Of a stretch of 64,000 nucleotides of DNA, positions 1-12,724 are shown in pieces. The stretch is from the human T2T-CHM13v2.0 reference genome, Homo sapiens, in NCBI RefSeq assembly GCF_009914755.1, contig NC_060926.1; one strand, 5' to 3'. Within the stretch, counting starts at the first letter, position 1, and every line of letters starts with the position of its first letter. Position numbers and translations under genes: made by a program. The notes beneath the pieces were generated by a model. It was not told the origin of the DNA and ran no database searches. It was given only the letters and a program-made list of their open reading frames with translations.

Positions 1-1584
1 AGAAAAGATTGCCCTAAGCTCTTGGCACTGAGAATGAGACATTAAATTACAGGGAAGTATAGGGGTCCCCACGTGAAGTTGGGGAGAGGGCTTGAAGCTT
101 TCAAGCATTAGCAGATATAAAGAAAAAATACATGTGAAAGGGCCTTGGCCAAAGTGGGATGGTGGAAGAGAAATGCAAGGCAGATTCTAGTGCCCCATCC
201 CAACACTCAGAAGATACCCAGGGTCTCCAAAAAATGAGCAGCCAGCCTCAGAGCTCAGAGTTAAAATGAACACAAAGTGCATGGCATTTGCTTTCTTAGA
301 ATGCTAAAATGCACTGCATTGGGCTCCTGTAACTTCTCTCTAGGAAACATCGGGAAAACACACACACTATAATTTACACACAGCAAAGTTCACAGTGAAA
401 CCCAAGAAACGCAACAACTAAAATGCTTAAGCCACAATTTAGGTTGGAGGTTATGGAGGAGCACGCATGGCATTACAGAAAGAGATTGTAGTACAAGGAG
501 GCAGCATTTTGACAACCCTGAGCCCAGGGCCTGGTACATCGTAAGCCCTCAATGCATGCCAGCTCTCTGTCTCTCCTTCACCGTAGGGAGCCTGACTTTC
601 TCAGCCAGCAACCAGTCTATACCAAGTGAAGCAACTGCCTGCTCTGGCAAAGAGGGTTTAGGGCACCTTTTTGTCTTTGCAGGCAGAGTGGAGAGAGGCC
701 ATTTTTGGGCTGTTTTGAGAATGCAACAACTGGGATAATTTTTCAGAATGCATTGAAGGACACCCACACCTTTTGGTATTTCAGTGTTGCAATGACCTAC
801 ACAGAAGCCCATGGGAAAAGAACAGTGCTGAAATCTGTACCTTATAGTGTAAACTTTGAGTAATATCAAGAGGCTAAATTATCTGCATGAGTCACGCTGC
901 AGTACAAATCAGAGAGTGACACCAAAGCAGATTAAAAGACAAGCAGAAGGAAATGATCTGAATAGACACAGAACAGAGACACACTCACCTTTTAGCTCCT
1001 CCAGGCTTAAAGATTCATCAGTACTTTGTGGAGAGTTAACACGAGTATCACCCCTGTTTTGCAGTATGCATTGTATCATGTGTCATACACAAATAGCAAA
1101 TAAATATATGATATATATTTATATTTTATATAGTTTAATATATACTTAAAATATACATTTGAAGGATATCTGAATATAGCATATATAAATTATGCTGGTA
1201 CAAATTATGTATGGAAACTCATTCCATGGAGTGGTTTCTGTTTGGCCTAACTAATCCCTCTCTACAGAACACCTTGCGGTATTATTAAGCAGTGGTACCT
1301 GAGGCCCACTTGAGGACTGAACTCAAGATGTGGATACTCAGAGAAAACAAACAAGGAACACACAGTACAGAATTCTCCTTACCCAGGCCCTGCCTGTCAC
1401 ACCTTCACATAATGCTGGGTGTGACAAAGCATTATGAAACCAAAGGCTTCAGGAAAGCAACACCTGCGCAGAGTCACCTGGCAGCAAGAAGTAATGACGC
1501 CTGCTCTTTCTTCCAGTGTATTTTGTCTGAGATTTTTGAGCTGAACAGCAAGGAAGAGGCCCAATGAGGGTAGTCCTCATTCTC

Positions 1585-2229
<645 letters not shown>

Positions 2230-3769
2230 CATTCTCTTTCTAGGAGCTAATGATTACTGGTGTGTAACCAAAATGCAGAGGACGTTGTGAGATGGAAGAG
2301 TTAAGTGACTTGTGAGACAAAGTATGTAAGTGTAGTAAACCAGGAGCACAGTTCACAGTACCTACCTCACGGTGCCAAGGAATCATTTACAGTTTGATAA
2401 AATAAAGGCTATCTTTTTCCAGAATGGGTCTGGAACGAAGCTCCATTGAAGCAGCTGACAGACTTACTGTCTTACTAACTCACAGGTTTTCTCACTACAT
2501 TAATTAGCAGCCCAATAAGCTATCCATTTGGATCCCCTTCAGAAACCATGATTAGAAGCCATCTCCACAAAGCCCTAAGGTCAAGGCCCCATGACCACCC
2601 TCCAGGCTTGCCACCCATTGTAGTACTTATGTCCGAGTTGCCTCTCACCCCCACAACCCCAGAATCCCATCATTCCTAATTCTGCTGGAGATCCCGGGCC
2701 AGTGACACCACCTCTCACTGTCAGTCCTGCTCTGCAGAGGACAACAGCTTTCTGAGCTTCTCAACATGTCAGTGCTGCCCCTCACCCTTTGTTGAAGGAA
2801 ATGTCCTCTGTGCCCTCCTGGGTTCTTGAGCTCACATGATAAAACCATCCCAACATTCTCTCTTCCCTAAGCCCTCTAATCCCATCCTCAATACCATGCC
2901 ATAACAGTTCTGGCAGCTCCAGCTAACTCATTGAAGGCCGTCATTTCAATCAAACTTTGTGGAGCTATCCCAGCAGTGTTCTAGAATTACCACCATCTCC
3001 TCTGGCTAGAATGTTGAACTCCAAGTCAAAAGAAAGTGCTCTCACATTAAAAAGTATTTTCCTATACCACTTGATATTTCACTTTACCATCCCATTCCAT
3101 CATTCAGCCACCCTGCCAGATGGCCTGATATGCTGAAGAACCACCTCTACACATGTTCCCCGAATTCCTACCAATACATATTAACAACTTATTCGGTGTG
3201 CACCAGACACAGATGCTCTGCAGCCCAGTTGGACTGTGTTCAGACATGACCCAGATTGGCCTGGAAGGAATGAGAGTAACAGGGCCATATCATTAAGAAG
3301 GCCAAGTGTAACCTTCTGGCAAGAAAAGAAAGACTGGCTTGAAGAAGTATATATTGGAATGTGAACAAGAGTAAAGGATGGTAGGTGTGAACAGAGAAAG
3401 AGGGAAGAAAATAGAATGATATATTAGTTTGGCTGCCATTAGAGGTGACTGGTGCTCAGTCCCTCTGACACCTTCTGAGGAGACTTAAAAGATGCATCTC
3501 AGAACTGTTTGCGAGGGAATAAGAGTGGGAAGCATTCATCCACAGGCTCCTGCTCCCCGCTGGTTAAGGGTGGCCCTGGCCACAGTAAATTTCCTGCACC
3601 TGCAGGCTGTATCTGTGCACATGCAGAGCAAGTTCCCAGGGAAGACTCATCAGGGCAGAAGACAGAGGCACACAAGATGGACCAGAGGCAAGGCACCATC
3701 TGATTGCATGTGGGAGATGATGGTTGAAGCTGGAGTGGGCATTGATGGGACAGAGAGGATTCTGAAGTG

Positions 3770-4980
3770 GTGCATAGGGGTATCCAGTATCATTGCCATG
3801 ACCTCCTCTTGCATCTTCCAATGGTCCACTCTCATTCTCAGTTTATTCCTCCTTTCTTGAAAGTCTGACACTCGCTTACTTTGAAACCCTTCTTCACTTG
3901 GTTTCCAAGTACTGCTCTTTTCTGATGTTTCACCCACCTTCCAGATCTTCCTTCTTACCCTCCTTGGCTAGTTCTTGCTCTTCTCAACCTCTACATGTTT
4001 AAGTGCTGTAGGTCTCTATCCTGAGAACTTTTGGTTTTTATCAAGACTCATTTCCCAGTGTTATGGGATCAAATACTATCCATAAACTGCAGAATCTCAA
4101 TTTTATATCTCTATCCCACACTCCCCCAAACTTCAGATTCAACCATCTGTCTATGCAACACCTCAAACTTGACACATCTACAACAAAACTATTGAGTTCC
4201 TTTTCACCACCACTACCACACACACACACACACAAATCTATTTTTTCTTCAGTCTCCTCCAGCTGTAAATTACACCACAGTTCACAAAGTTTCACAGGTC
4301 AAAATCTCAAGATTGTCTTGGAAGTCTCTCTTTGCTACTCACTCCCCATAATCTTCCAAAATGTGTCTTGAATCTGACCTCTGCGTATCACCTCCACTAC
4401 CATCCGGTCCAAGCAGCCATCACCTCTCAGGGAGCACAGCAAAAGCCTCCTCACAGCTGGCTCCCAGTTGTCAATCCTCTGTACAGCAGCTGTGGGATCT
4501 GGGGAGATATGAGTGGGTTTAGATCATCATCCTGCTCTCAATTCCCCAGCAGCTTCCATCACACTTAGAATAAAACCCACACCCCTTTCAACGGCCAGCA
4601 AAGTTATTCATGACCTGCAATGGCCAGTCTTTCCTCAGCATCCTGTCATCTCTCTAATGCTCACTCCAATCACCCTGGCCTCCTTGCTGTTTCTGCCTTA
4701 GGACATTGGCACTTGCTCTTTCTTCAGTCTGCAATGATTTTTCTTTCATTCTACCTTTTGCTTTCGAGCCGCTGCTTTCTCTTTCTTCATAGCATTTAAC
4801 ATTACCTATGTATATATGTAATGCTTAATATAGGTAACATGTAACTTATTTATTTTTCATAAGATCCATGGGGGGAGGAGGAACACTTTTTATACCACTG
4901 TATTCCCAGCACATAAAACAGTAATTGTCACATAGGAAGCACTCAGTTACAAGGTGACCAAAGAATCTATAAATGATTGA
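3770..4980 (+). mobile_element. L2 LINE fragment (old, degenerate)
   Basis: Pyrimidine-rich L2-like text (ccttcttcacttggtttcc, cacacttagaataaaacccac, ccactgtattcccagcac...); boundaries approximate. Confidence 0.7.
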
Positions 4981-5289
4981 AACAAGATGAGAATAGAAAC
5001 AATATCATCAGAAGGAGGAGCAGCAAAATTTTTTAACAATGTAAAAGATAAATATTTATTCTCAGAGCCAATAAAAAGGTGAAAGGAAACTGGTACAAGT
5101 TAGAAATAAAACACTAGAGGAAAAACTGCAAAGAAAAGAAGAGTTCATTTTGAAATATAGATGTTTAAGAATTGAAAAGCTTTTAACATCAGAAAGGAGT
5201 AGTAAAATATTCTACATTTCAGCTCAATGTCTAGGAGTGTTTCCAAGGTGTTTATGACTAAGCACTCTGCCTCTTTGAATAATACATTG

Positions 5290-5530
5290 CAGTTGTGGCA
5301 TGTTACGGTTGAAAAATGTTTCCATGTGCATTATTTCATTTGACCCTGCAAATGACCTTATTGGATTAATCAGACAAGCCTCCCATCCTCATTACATGCT
5401 TATGAAAACAGAGGTTTCTGCAAGTTGAGAACCTAGGCCAAGAGGTCTGGCAGCAGCTGTTAAGAGGCAAAGATGAGATTTGCCAACAAGTTTTTTGACT
5501 CCAAAGTCTAGGCACTTACACCATGCTTTG
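5290..5530 (-). mobile_element. MIR SINE fragment
   Basis: attatttcatttgaccctgcaaatgacc...gaaaacagagg...tgactccaaagtc resembles the MIR core. Confidence 0.55.
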
Positions 5531-5671
5531 CAATCTCAAAGAGCTATGATGATTTTTTAAAAGTAAACACACTTAAATCTGGTGTCAGAGAAGAATAATT
5601 CTTGCTCAATGAAAAGTCTGTCTTTATATAGTACTTTTTAAGATTATCATTTCTGTCAGTATCTACATTTG

Positions 5672-5686
5672 CCACAAGAGGGCTGA
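5672..5686 (+). promoter_or_regulatory. Candidate CTCF motif
   Basis: CCACAAGAGGGCTGA resembles the CTCF core CCACNAGRKGGC; motif match only. Confidence 0.4.
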
Positions 5687-6083
5687 CTATGGCTTAATTT
5701 TGCCCTTGTCAAAAAGAAGCTCTTTTTACAGCTGACACTTTAAAGTTCTCATCTCAATTTGGAAATTTGCCACTCTCGACGCTCTATATCCCTAGCTAAG
5801 TCAGTAATTAATTCAGACAAGCTTATTTTTCAGTCATTCTATTAAACTGTCTTACCATGATTTGGTCTTTTTCTTACGAATGTTTTTTATCTTCTGGTTC
5901 CATATTTCAAGCTGAGCAGCTACAAATATATATTTGCATGATATTCACAAAATACATTTTTCCTTAATTAGATGTAAATATATTAAATTATTCATTTTCT
6001 ATCTTTTCGCAATTCTTTGTACAGAGAGAATATACTGAATTTCTGAGGAAAAGACCAAGGAGCTATAAAAAAGATGCACAGCT

Positions 6084-6382
6084 GGCCGGGTGTAGTGGCT
6101 CACTCCTGTAATCTCAGCACTTTGGGAAGCCGAGGCAGGTGGATCATCTGAGGTCAGAGGTTCAAGACCAGCCTGGCCAATATGGTGAAACCCTGTCTCT
6201 ACTAAAAATACAAAAATTAGCTGGGTGTGCTGGCACACCCCTGTAATCCCAGCTACTCAGGAGGCTGCAGCACAAGAATCACTTGAACCCAGGAGGCAGA
6301 GGTTGCAGTGAGCCAAGTTCACGCCATTGCACTGCAGACTGGGCGACAGAGCAAGACTCAGTCTCAAAAAAAAAAAAAAAAA
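6084..6382 (+). mobile_element. AluS SINE
   Basis: Full dimeric Alu with poly(A) tail. Confidence 0.95.
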
Positions 6383-6385
6383 TAG

Positions 6386-6702
6386 GGCCAGGCATGGTGG
6401 CTCATGCCTGTACTCCCAGCATTTTGGGAGGCCGAGGTGGGCAGATCACTTGAGGTCAGGAGTTTGAGATCAACCTGGCCAACATGGTGAAACTCTGTCT
6501 CTACTAAAAATACAAAAATTAGCCAGGCGTGGTAGTGTGCACCTGTAATCCTAGCTACTGGGGGATTCTAAGGCACAAGAATCACTTGAACCTGGGAGGC
6601 AGAGGTTGCAGTGAGTAGAGATCACCTCACTGTACTCCAGCCTGGGCAACAGAACGAGACTCTGTCTCAAAAAAAAAAAAAAAAGAAAGAAAAGAAAAAA
6701 GA
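6386..6702 (+). mobile_element. AluS SINE in tandem with preceding Alu
   Basis: Full dimeric Alu; both Alus lie within one outer TSD aaaaaagatgcacagc (6067-6082 / 6703-6718). Confidence 0.95.
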
Positions 6703-7126
6703 AAAAAAGATGCACAGCCATTCTGGGTATAAGCTATACTCTCACCTTACTCTTTCACTTGAATTTATAATAGAAAGTATTTTTCTTCACTTTAAGGAGA
6801 AGACTTGATGAAAGCAATCTTGAATATAGCAAATAGCTATGCAGAGAAAGGTTTTGCATGTTTTCATTCAGGTGGTAACTTATTCAAAATAACATTCCCC
6901 TGGTTAGTTTGAAAGATGGACATCCAAACTAAACTCTTACTATGTATAAACTGCCAATTGATGTGGGCCTGATGGGTCTAGATTCTGATAAGCATCTTAA
7001 ATGACACATTGAGGAACACTGCTGTTTCATAATGATCATGGTTTTCGGATTTCCAGATTTAACCAAGGGCTGAATCACAAGCAACACAAGCTTCCCTTTC
7101 TACTGCCAGCCAGGGCCACCCATCAG

Positions 7127-7141
7127 TGGACTTTGACCTTG
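7127..7141 (-). promoter_or_regulatory. Candidate HNF4 DR1 site overlapping an NR5A/ERR half-site
   Basis: TGGACTTTGACCT reads AGGTCAAAGTCCA on - strand (HNF4A consensus); the overlapping TGACCTTG reads CAAGGTCA. Confidence 0.45.
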
Positions 7142-7811
7142 TTTTCAATGACTACCTGTTACCCACCTGATATTGCTGGCTCTCCTTTGTGACTTTTCTG
7201 ATAGCTGCAAAGAACAAGTAAATTAGATGGAGTGATCCCTGCTTCTCACTGTAGCCAAGATAAGTCATGCCTTCGATTTAGGGCAGATTAAGTAGAGGTT
7301 AGCAAACCTTTAGGAACAGATAACTATGATTATGGAAAATTGAGGAATTGTCACCAAATAGCTGAATAGAATTTTGAAAGTCAAATGAGAGAAGAGTCAT
7401 AGCCTAACTCTGATGGAAGAATATACATAAAAGGACAAAAACAGAAAATCATATATCTATATATATGTGTGTATATATATGTGTGTGTAGATATTTCTGT
7501 GTGTATCCACACACACATCACTAAATTATAGAATTCTATAATTTTTACACAGGTTTCAAAATATTTTCTCCTTTGCATGATATTCTCTCAGATACAAGAA
7601 CTGCTGAGTATGTGCATCTCTACCCAGAATATTACACAATGGCAATCAATAATTACCAAACACAATTTTTACTCATGTTTACTATGGTCACATTTTAGAG
7701 CACTACGGTTTTGAAGTACTGAAGTTATTCAAAGTAAAATCTAAACATTTTAAAGATATGGCATTTTCAAAGGAAAATAAGTTTAACATGATTCAATAAC
7801 ATCGACAATAA

Positions 7812-8010
7812 TGACCATGCTTCATCAATTTTAGAAAAAGCTTTTTTTCACATTGTAATACATCAGAAATTTGCAATTATCTTACCAAAAATGGCACCTT
7901 GCAATTAAAATTTGCAACTTTTTGGCTGTTTCTCAGCACTCTCAATGCTGCAAAAGAAATAATGATGTATCTCAGAATTTATGCCTTCTTAAATGTGATG
8001 AAATACAGTA
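7812..8010. mobile_element. TcMar-Tigger-like DNA transposon fossil
   Basis: Degenerate terminal inverted repeats (ccatgcttcatcaattttag ... ttaaatgtgatgaaatacagta). Confidence 0.45.
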
Positions 8011-8451
8011 TTAGAAAAGGCACCAAAAATGTTAGTGATGAGATGAGCTCTTGAAACAGCACCCCGCACCCAGGAGAAAGTAGATGTCTGGTAGATGATA
8101 TTTGTGTGCAGTTGAATAGGATCTAATTGAAAGTTTAAATTGATCTCTTATTCTGCAACTTACTATCAAGTGGCAATAGTAACTTGGTACTACCACTCGG
8201 GTGATCCACTCAGTTGTACCAAGTTAAACAGAAACATGGTTGACTATGGCTGCTGATGGTGAAACAAGGTTTTCCAATGGCTTAGGTTGTACTGTGGCCA
8301 GTAAAAATAGGCTTAGTCTGGGTTGACACAGACATGAAGGACTAAAGGAGAAAATATTACCAAGTTACATCTTCTAAGACTGAGTTTCACCTATTTCGAC
8401 TACCTTTGACCATGTCATGGACTCTTAGGAGAATGAGGAACATTATTCTGT

Positions 8452-8683
8452 AAGTTTTCCAACCTCAACACTATTGATATTTTGGACTAGATAATCATTT
8501 ATTGGGAGTGCAGAGATTTCCCTGTTCATTGTAGGATGTTTAGTAGCATCCACGACCTCTACCCACTAGATGCCAGTAGCACCATGTCCCACCCCCACCC
8601 CCACCAGCTTTGAAACCAAAAATGTCTCCAGCCATTGCCAAATATCTCTGGAGGGTAAAATCATCTTTGTTGTGAACCACTGC
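8452..8683. mobile_element. MER20 (hAT-Charlie DNA transposon fossil)
   Basis: Matches recalled MER20: cactattgatattttgg...cattgtaggatgtttagtagcatcc...cccactagatgccagtagca...aaaaatgtctccag...gaaccactg. Confidence 0.88.
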
Positions 8684-8798
8684 TCTAGGTCTTTTCCCAT
8701 TCTACAATACTTCCAAAAATTTGAATGAGAAATACAGATGAATATGTGCAAAAAGTATACATAATTCATAAGACCTTCCTTTAAAATAATAGAAGTGA

Positions 8799-9099
8799 GG
8801 CTGGTCATGGTGGCTCACACCTGTAATCCCAGCACTTTGGGAGGCCGAGGCAGGTGGATCATGAGGTCAGGAGATCAAGACCATCCTGGCTAACATGGTG
8901 AAACCCCATCTCTACTAAAAACACAAAAAATTAGCCAGGCGTGGTGGCACAGGCCTGTAGTCCCAGCTACTTCGGAGGCTGAGGCAGGAGAATCACTTCA
9001 ACCTGGGAGGCGGAGGTTGCAGTGAGTCGAGATTGCACCACTGCACTCCAGCCTGGATGACAGAGCGAGACTCCATCTCAAAAAAAAAAAAAAAAAAAA
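8799..9099 (+). mobile_element. AluS (Sc-like) SINE
   Basis: Full Alu; TSD atagaagtga at 8789-8798 / 9101-9110. Confidence 0.95.
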
Positions 9100-9429
9100 G
9101 ATAGAAGTGATCTGAAGCTTTAAAGATAACTTCAAGTGTTGAAGTTACCAAAATTCCAGTAGACACAATACTAAAAAAAAAAAAAAATTATAAATAGCAT
9201 TCACTATCAAACTTTTATCTAGACTATGGTTAAAACTATGAAAAACAAATTGCTATCTATGTGGTCAAAAGGGAATCTGAAAAAGTGAGGGGTTGATTTA
9301 TTTGGCTGATGGAATTGTGTTTTCCATTATTGTTATTTATGCCATGAGTAAAAATTTCCTGGTTTTGGTTGTCTGATAAAAACTAACAAAGAACAATGTG
9401 AAAAGGGGCAAACATGATAAAATGCCACT

Positions 9430-10850
9430 GGATAATATCTAGCATTTTCTAAGTGATTGCTAATACCAGGCACAGGGCTATATGGCTTTATATGTATTGA
9501 CCCACTTAATATTTACAACAATCCTTAGAGATAGGCACATTTCCATGAAGAAAATTTGCTTTGCTTAATATTACACAGCTTACAAGTAACGAAGCCCAGA
9601 ACCAAGTTCTGGAGCATCTGACTTCACATCAATCATTCCTGACCACCTCACTTTACGGAAACTATGCAACCATGGCTGCTGAACCTCTCCTATTTGAATT
9701 CTACATCCCAGCTGGACTGGTCTACTCAGAGTTGCTCTCCATGTACCTTGCCTTTCTGTTTCCATTTCTATGCCTTTGCTCCGGCCCTTTTCCCCAGTAG
9801 AAAATTTACTCCCCTGTGTTTTTTTCTAAACTTTATCCCTCCTTTGATGTGTAGCTTTAGGTCCATTTCTTCCATAAGAGTCCCTAAGATTATTCCAGCC
9901 ATAGTGATTTCCCCTCTCTCTGAATGCTTTCTACTGTATGCCGAATTAGTCACTTGTTACAAAAGATTTCCATTTAGAACTCCTGATAACAATAGCTAGT
10001 CTGTCTATGGCCCCTTAGTAAAGGGATTTACACACATCATCTCATTTTTTCCTTACCACGAACCTGTTTGTCGTTGTTGTTGTTGTTGTTATTTCAAACA
10101 GATAAGGAGCTTAAAGGTCAGATTTTACTGGATTATTCAAGGAGACACCTGATAAATGGCAGACTTGAACTTGAATTTAAGTCTCCTAATTCCAAACCCC
10201 ATGATCTTCCTAACAAAAACAAAAAACAAACAAAAAAAAGTATTGTGGCCCAGAAGTGTACAAGTATGTACAAGTCTGCCTCAACAACAATATTACAGTT
10301 TTTGTGTTTTAAGTTCTTCCACTTTCCTCACTCTTACCCCAGTACTTGGTAAACACTTAAAATTGTTTACCTATTGGATGTTCTTTGTCTCCTAACCCTC
10401 AGAGCTTCGAATAATAATAATAGTATTAACTAATGTTTACTAACCTCTGTGCACAAGGCACTGTTATCAGCAGTGGATTGCAAATGAAGAAACCGAGTAT
10501 TAGAGAGATTAGGAGATTAGAAAAGTTGTCCTGTGAACTGAAACACCAATCTAGCTATAGTTGGAATTCTAAACTTGGTTGATAATATAAACTCTCAATA
10601 AACATTAGCGAATTTGTAACTAATGAGTGGTTCCTTGTCAGATACTACTACCTGTATTCTTTCTCATTTAGTCCTAAATACAACTTTTTTTACTCTCTTA
10701 TTACTATTACTATTTTATGTATGTAATTACTATTTTATTCCCATTTTAGGAAGAAGAAAATGAGTTTAGAGAGATTAATGAACAAGTAGAAGGTTGAAGC
10801 AGATTTTCACCCTGCAGCTAACTCCTCACTTTTAACTGTACTTCTCCATG
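9430..10850. mobile_element. Cluster of MIR (and short L2) fragments
   Basis: MIR-core-like segments at ~9430-9650, 10010-10200, 10415-10510 and 10620-10850 (e.g. attcccattttaggaagaagaaaatgagtttagagag). Confidence 0.55.
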
Positions 10851-11574
10851 GAAAACTAATAAGCATCTCTTAAGGCTAGTTTTTCCACAAGTCAAATATA
10901 TATATATTCGTATTCAAGTTTTCAAAAAAGCTCTGCTTTCTCTAATATCACATTTCATGTTGTCATGATGATGGTAGTACTTTAGAAGCAGAGGAGATGG
11001 ACGAGGACACATGTCAGATTATTTGTTTCTCTTGGATGAAGGCTCCTGAGCACCAGCCCATCAGAGAAAATGCTCAGTTTGGCGTTTCCCTAACAGGGAT
11101 TGGGGTGGATCCAGGGAGGCCTGCTGTATGATGGAATGAAGTTTTTTTCCCTGAACCAGTTTGCCCACCCTTGCTGCACATGTGACATGAAAAATGCAGG
11201 CGCCTCCATCAGGAAAGTATTCTTGACAGTACTCAGTGGTCTCAGAGTTATTTGGCACACTCTCAGGTAGCTGACTTCCAAACAATAAGTGATCTGGTTT
11301 TCAGTAAGGTAATTACCAAGCAAACCCACATGGTCTGGAGACCTACGCAGCGTGTTACAACACATTGAACAAATGGCACACCTGAGCAGACTTATTGTCA
11401 GAAAAAAAAAAAAAAACTGTTCACTGTAATCACAAGAATATGTCAAAATTATTCTTTTATTTGTGTACAGGCTTAAGCCTCCTACTCTAAAACCACATTT
11501 TAAGTATTTGCTCACTCATTTTTAGAGCACTGTGGATCTTGCAAGTAGTTTTTATTGCTGTTGCTGTTGTTGAT

Positions 11575-12123
11575 TTTGGTGAAAAGATATGTATCTATAG
11601 ATATATAGATATATTTATAATTAGCCAGCAGGACTCAGTTTAGATGATCACAATTTTGTTGGGAATATCCAAAGCATTGTAATCAGGAGCCAGTCGAACA
11701 TATGTCTTCTTCTCTCCATCAAACCTAATCAGGGTGTTGACCTCGGGCACATCAATGTCACAGAGCTTCTTCACAGCCCGTGTGATCTGGTGCTAGTTGG
11801 CTTTAACATCCACATTGAACACAAATGTGTTGTTGTCTTCTGTCTTCTTCGTGGCAGACCCAGTAGTCAGCGAAAACGTGATGACAGCACAGTGGTCAGG
11901 CTTGTTTCTTCTGGGGCCACTCCTCCAAGGATATTTGGGCTGCCTCCGGAGTCTCAGGGTCTTGGGCCACCAGAAGATGGGTGACGTGCAGATCTTCTTT
12001 TTTTGTGGCTATGGACAGCTTTCAACACTGCCTTCTTGGCCTTCAAAACCTTCGCTTTGGTTTTGGCTTTAGGAGGGGCAGGAGCTTTCTTCTTTGCCTT
12101 CAGCACCATCTTGTGAAAAGGGT
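11575..12123 (-). pseudogene. RPL23AP: Processed pseudogene of ribosomal protein L23a (full length, disabled)
   Basis: - strand translation from ATG 12109: [36 protein letters not shown]...[13 protein letters not shown]...[18 protein letters not shown]...[20 protein letters not shown], ending at TAA 11642-11640, matching RPL23A. Intronless, keeps the 5' pyrimidine tract (cccttttcacaag) and 3' UTR (actgagtcc...cttttcacc) with a decayed A tail. 1-nt frameshift in the A-run at ~11998-12004 and premature TAG at 11795-11793. The pseudogene number cannot be assigned. Confidence 0.97.
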
Positions 12124-12724
12124 GTTTTGTTTTTGTGTTTGTTTTTATACCTCTATGTGTAGTTTAGGAACATTCCCACAACAGTGTGATCCAGGTTTAC
12201 AACTTCCCATCCGGAGAGCACCCCATGCCCAGGGAGATACAAGGCTGGAAATCTTTTGCCTCGTCATCAAGCACTCCTGTTTGGAGAAATTGGGCTGAAA
12301 TGTCATACCAATCTCTTTATCACAGAGCATTCTTTCAGCTTTTTGACATGGAAATAATAAGAAAGAAAAAATATAGTTATTTCAGAGACTGATGGAGAAT
12401 GGCTGTTCTTTTTTCATCAGTGATCACAAACCCCTTGACACTGGAGAATTCATTCACCAGTCAGTGACCATACTTGGGAAATTTTCAGAACACTTTGCTG
12501 AAGTCAATCAACTTAGAAATGGTATCTAATTCTAGAACCATTGTGCCAACATGGAGAAATTTATTATTCATATATGTGAGTTTCCCAGAAGTAAATTTTA
12601 AAGTAATTCTATAGTATAAAATCATACCAAAATTCAACGTGATTTTTTTTTAAAAAAAAGCAATTCTCTCTCTCTCAATGTTTTTCAATTCACTTAGTCA
12701 TTTCATGCCTCAGTTTCCTCCCAT

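Noticed and set aside
2472-2486. TACTAAC branch point followed by CAG
   Set aside because: Only a few nt between the branch point and AG, with no polypyrimidine tract; not a credible 3' splice site.
12099-12115. REST/RE1 site (TTCAGCACCAT)
   Set aside because: Left half-site only, arising from CpG decay of the pseudogene start; the GGACAG half is absent. A similar near-match at ~33995 has the wrong spacing.
11790-12298. + strand ORFs over the RPL23A region
   Set aside because: Largely antisense frames of the disabled RPL23A retrocopy; not independent genes.
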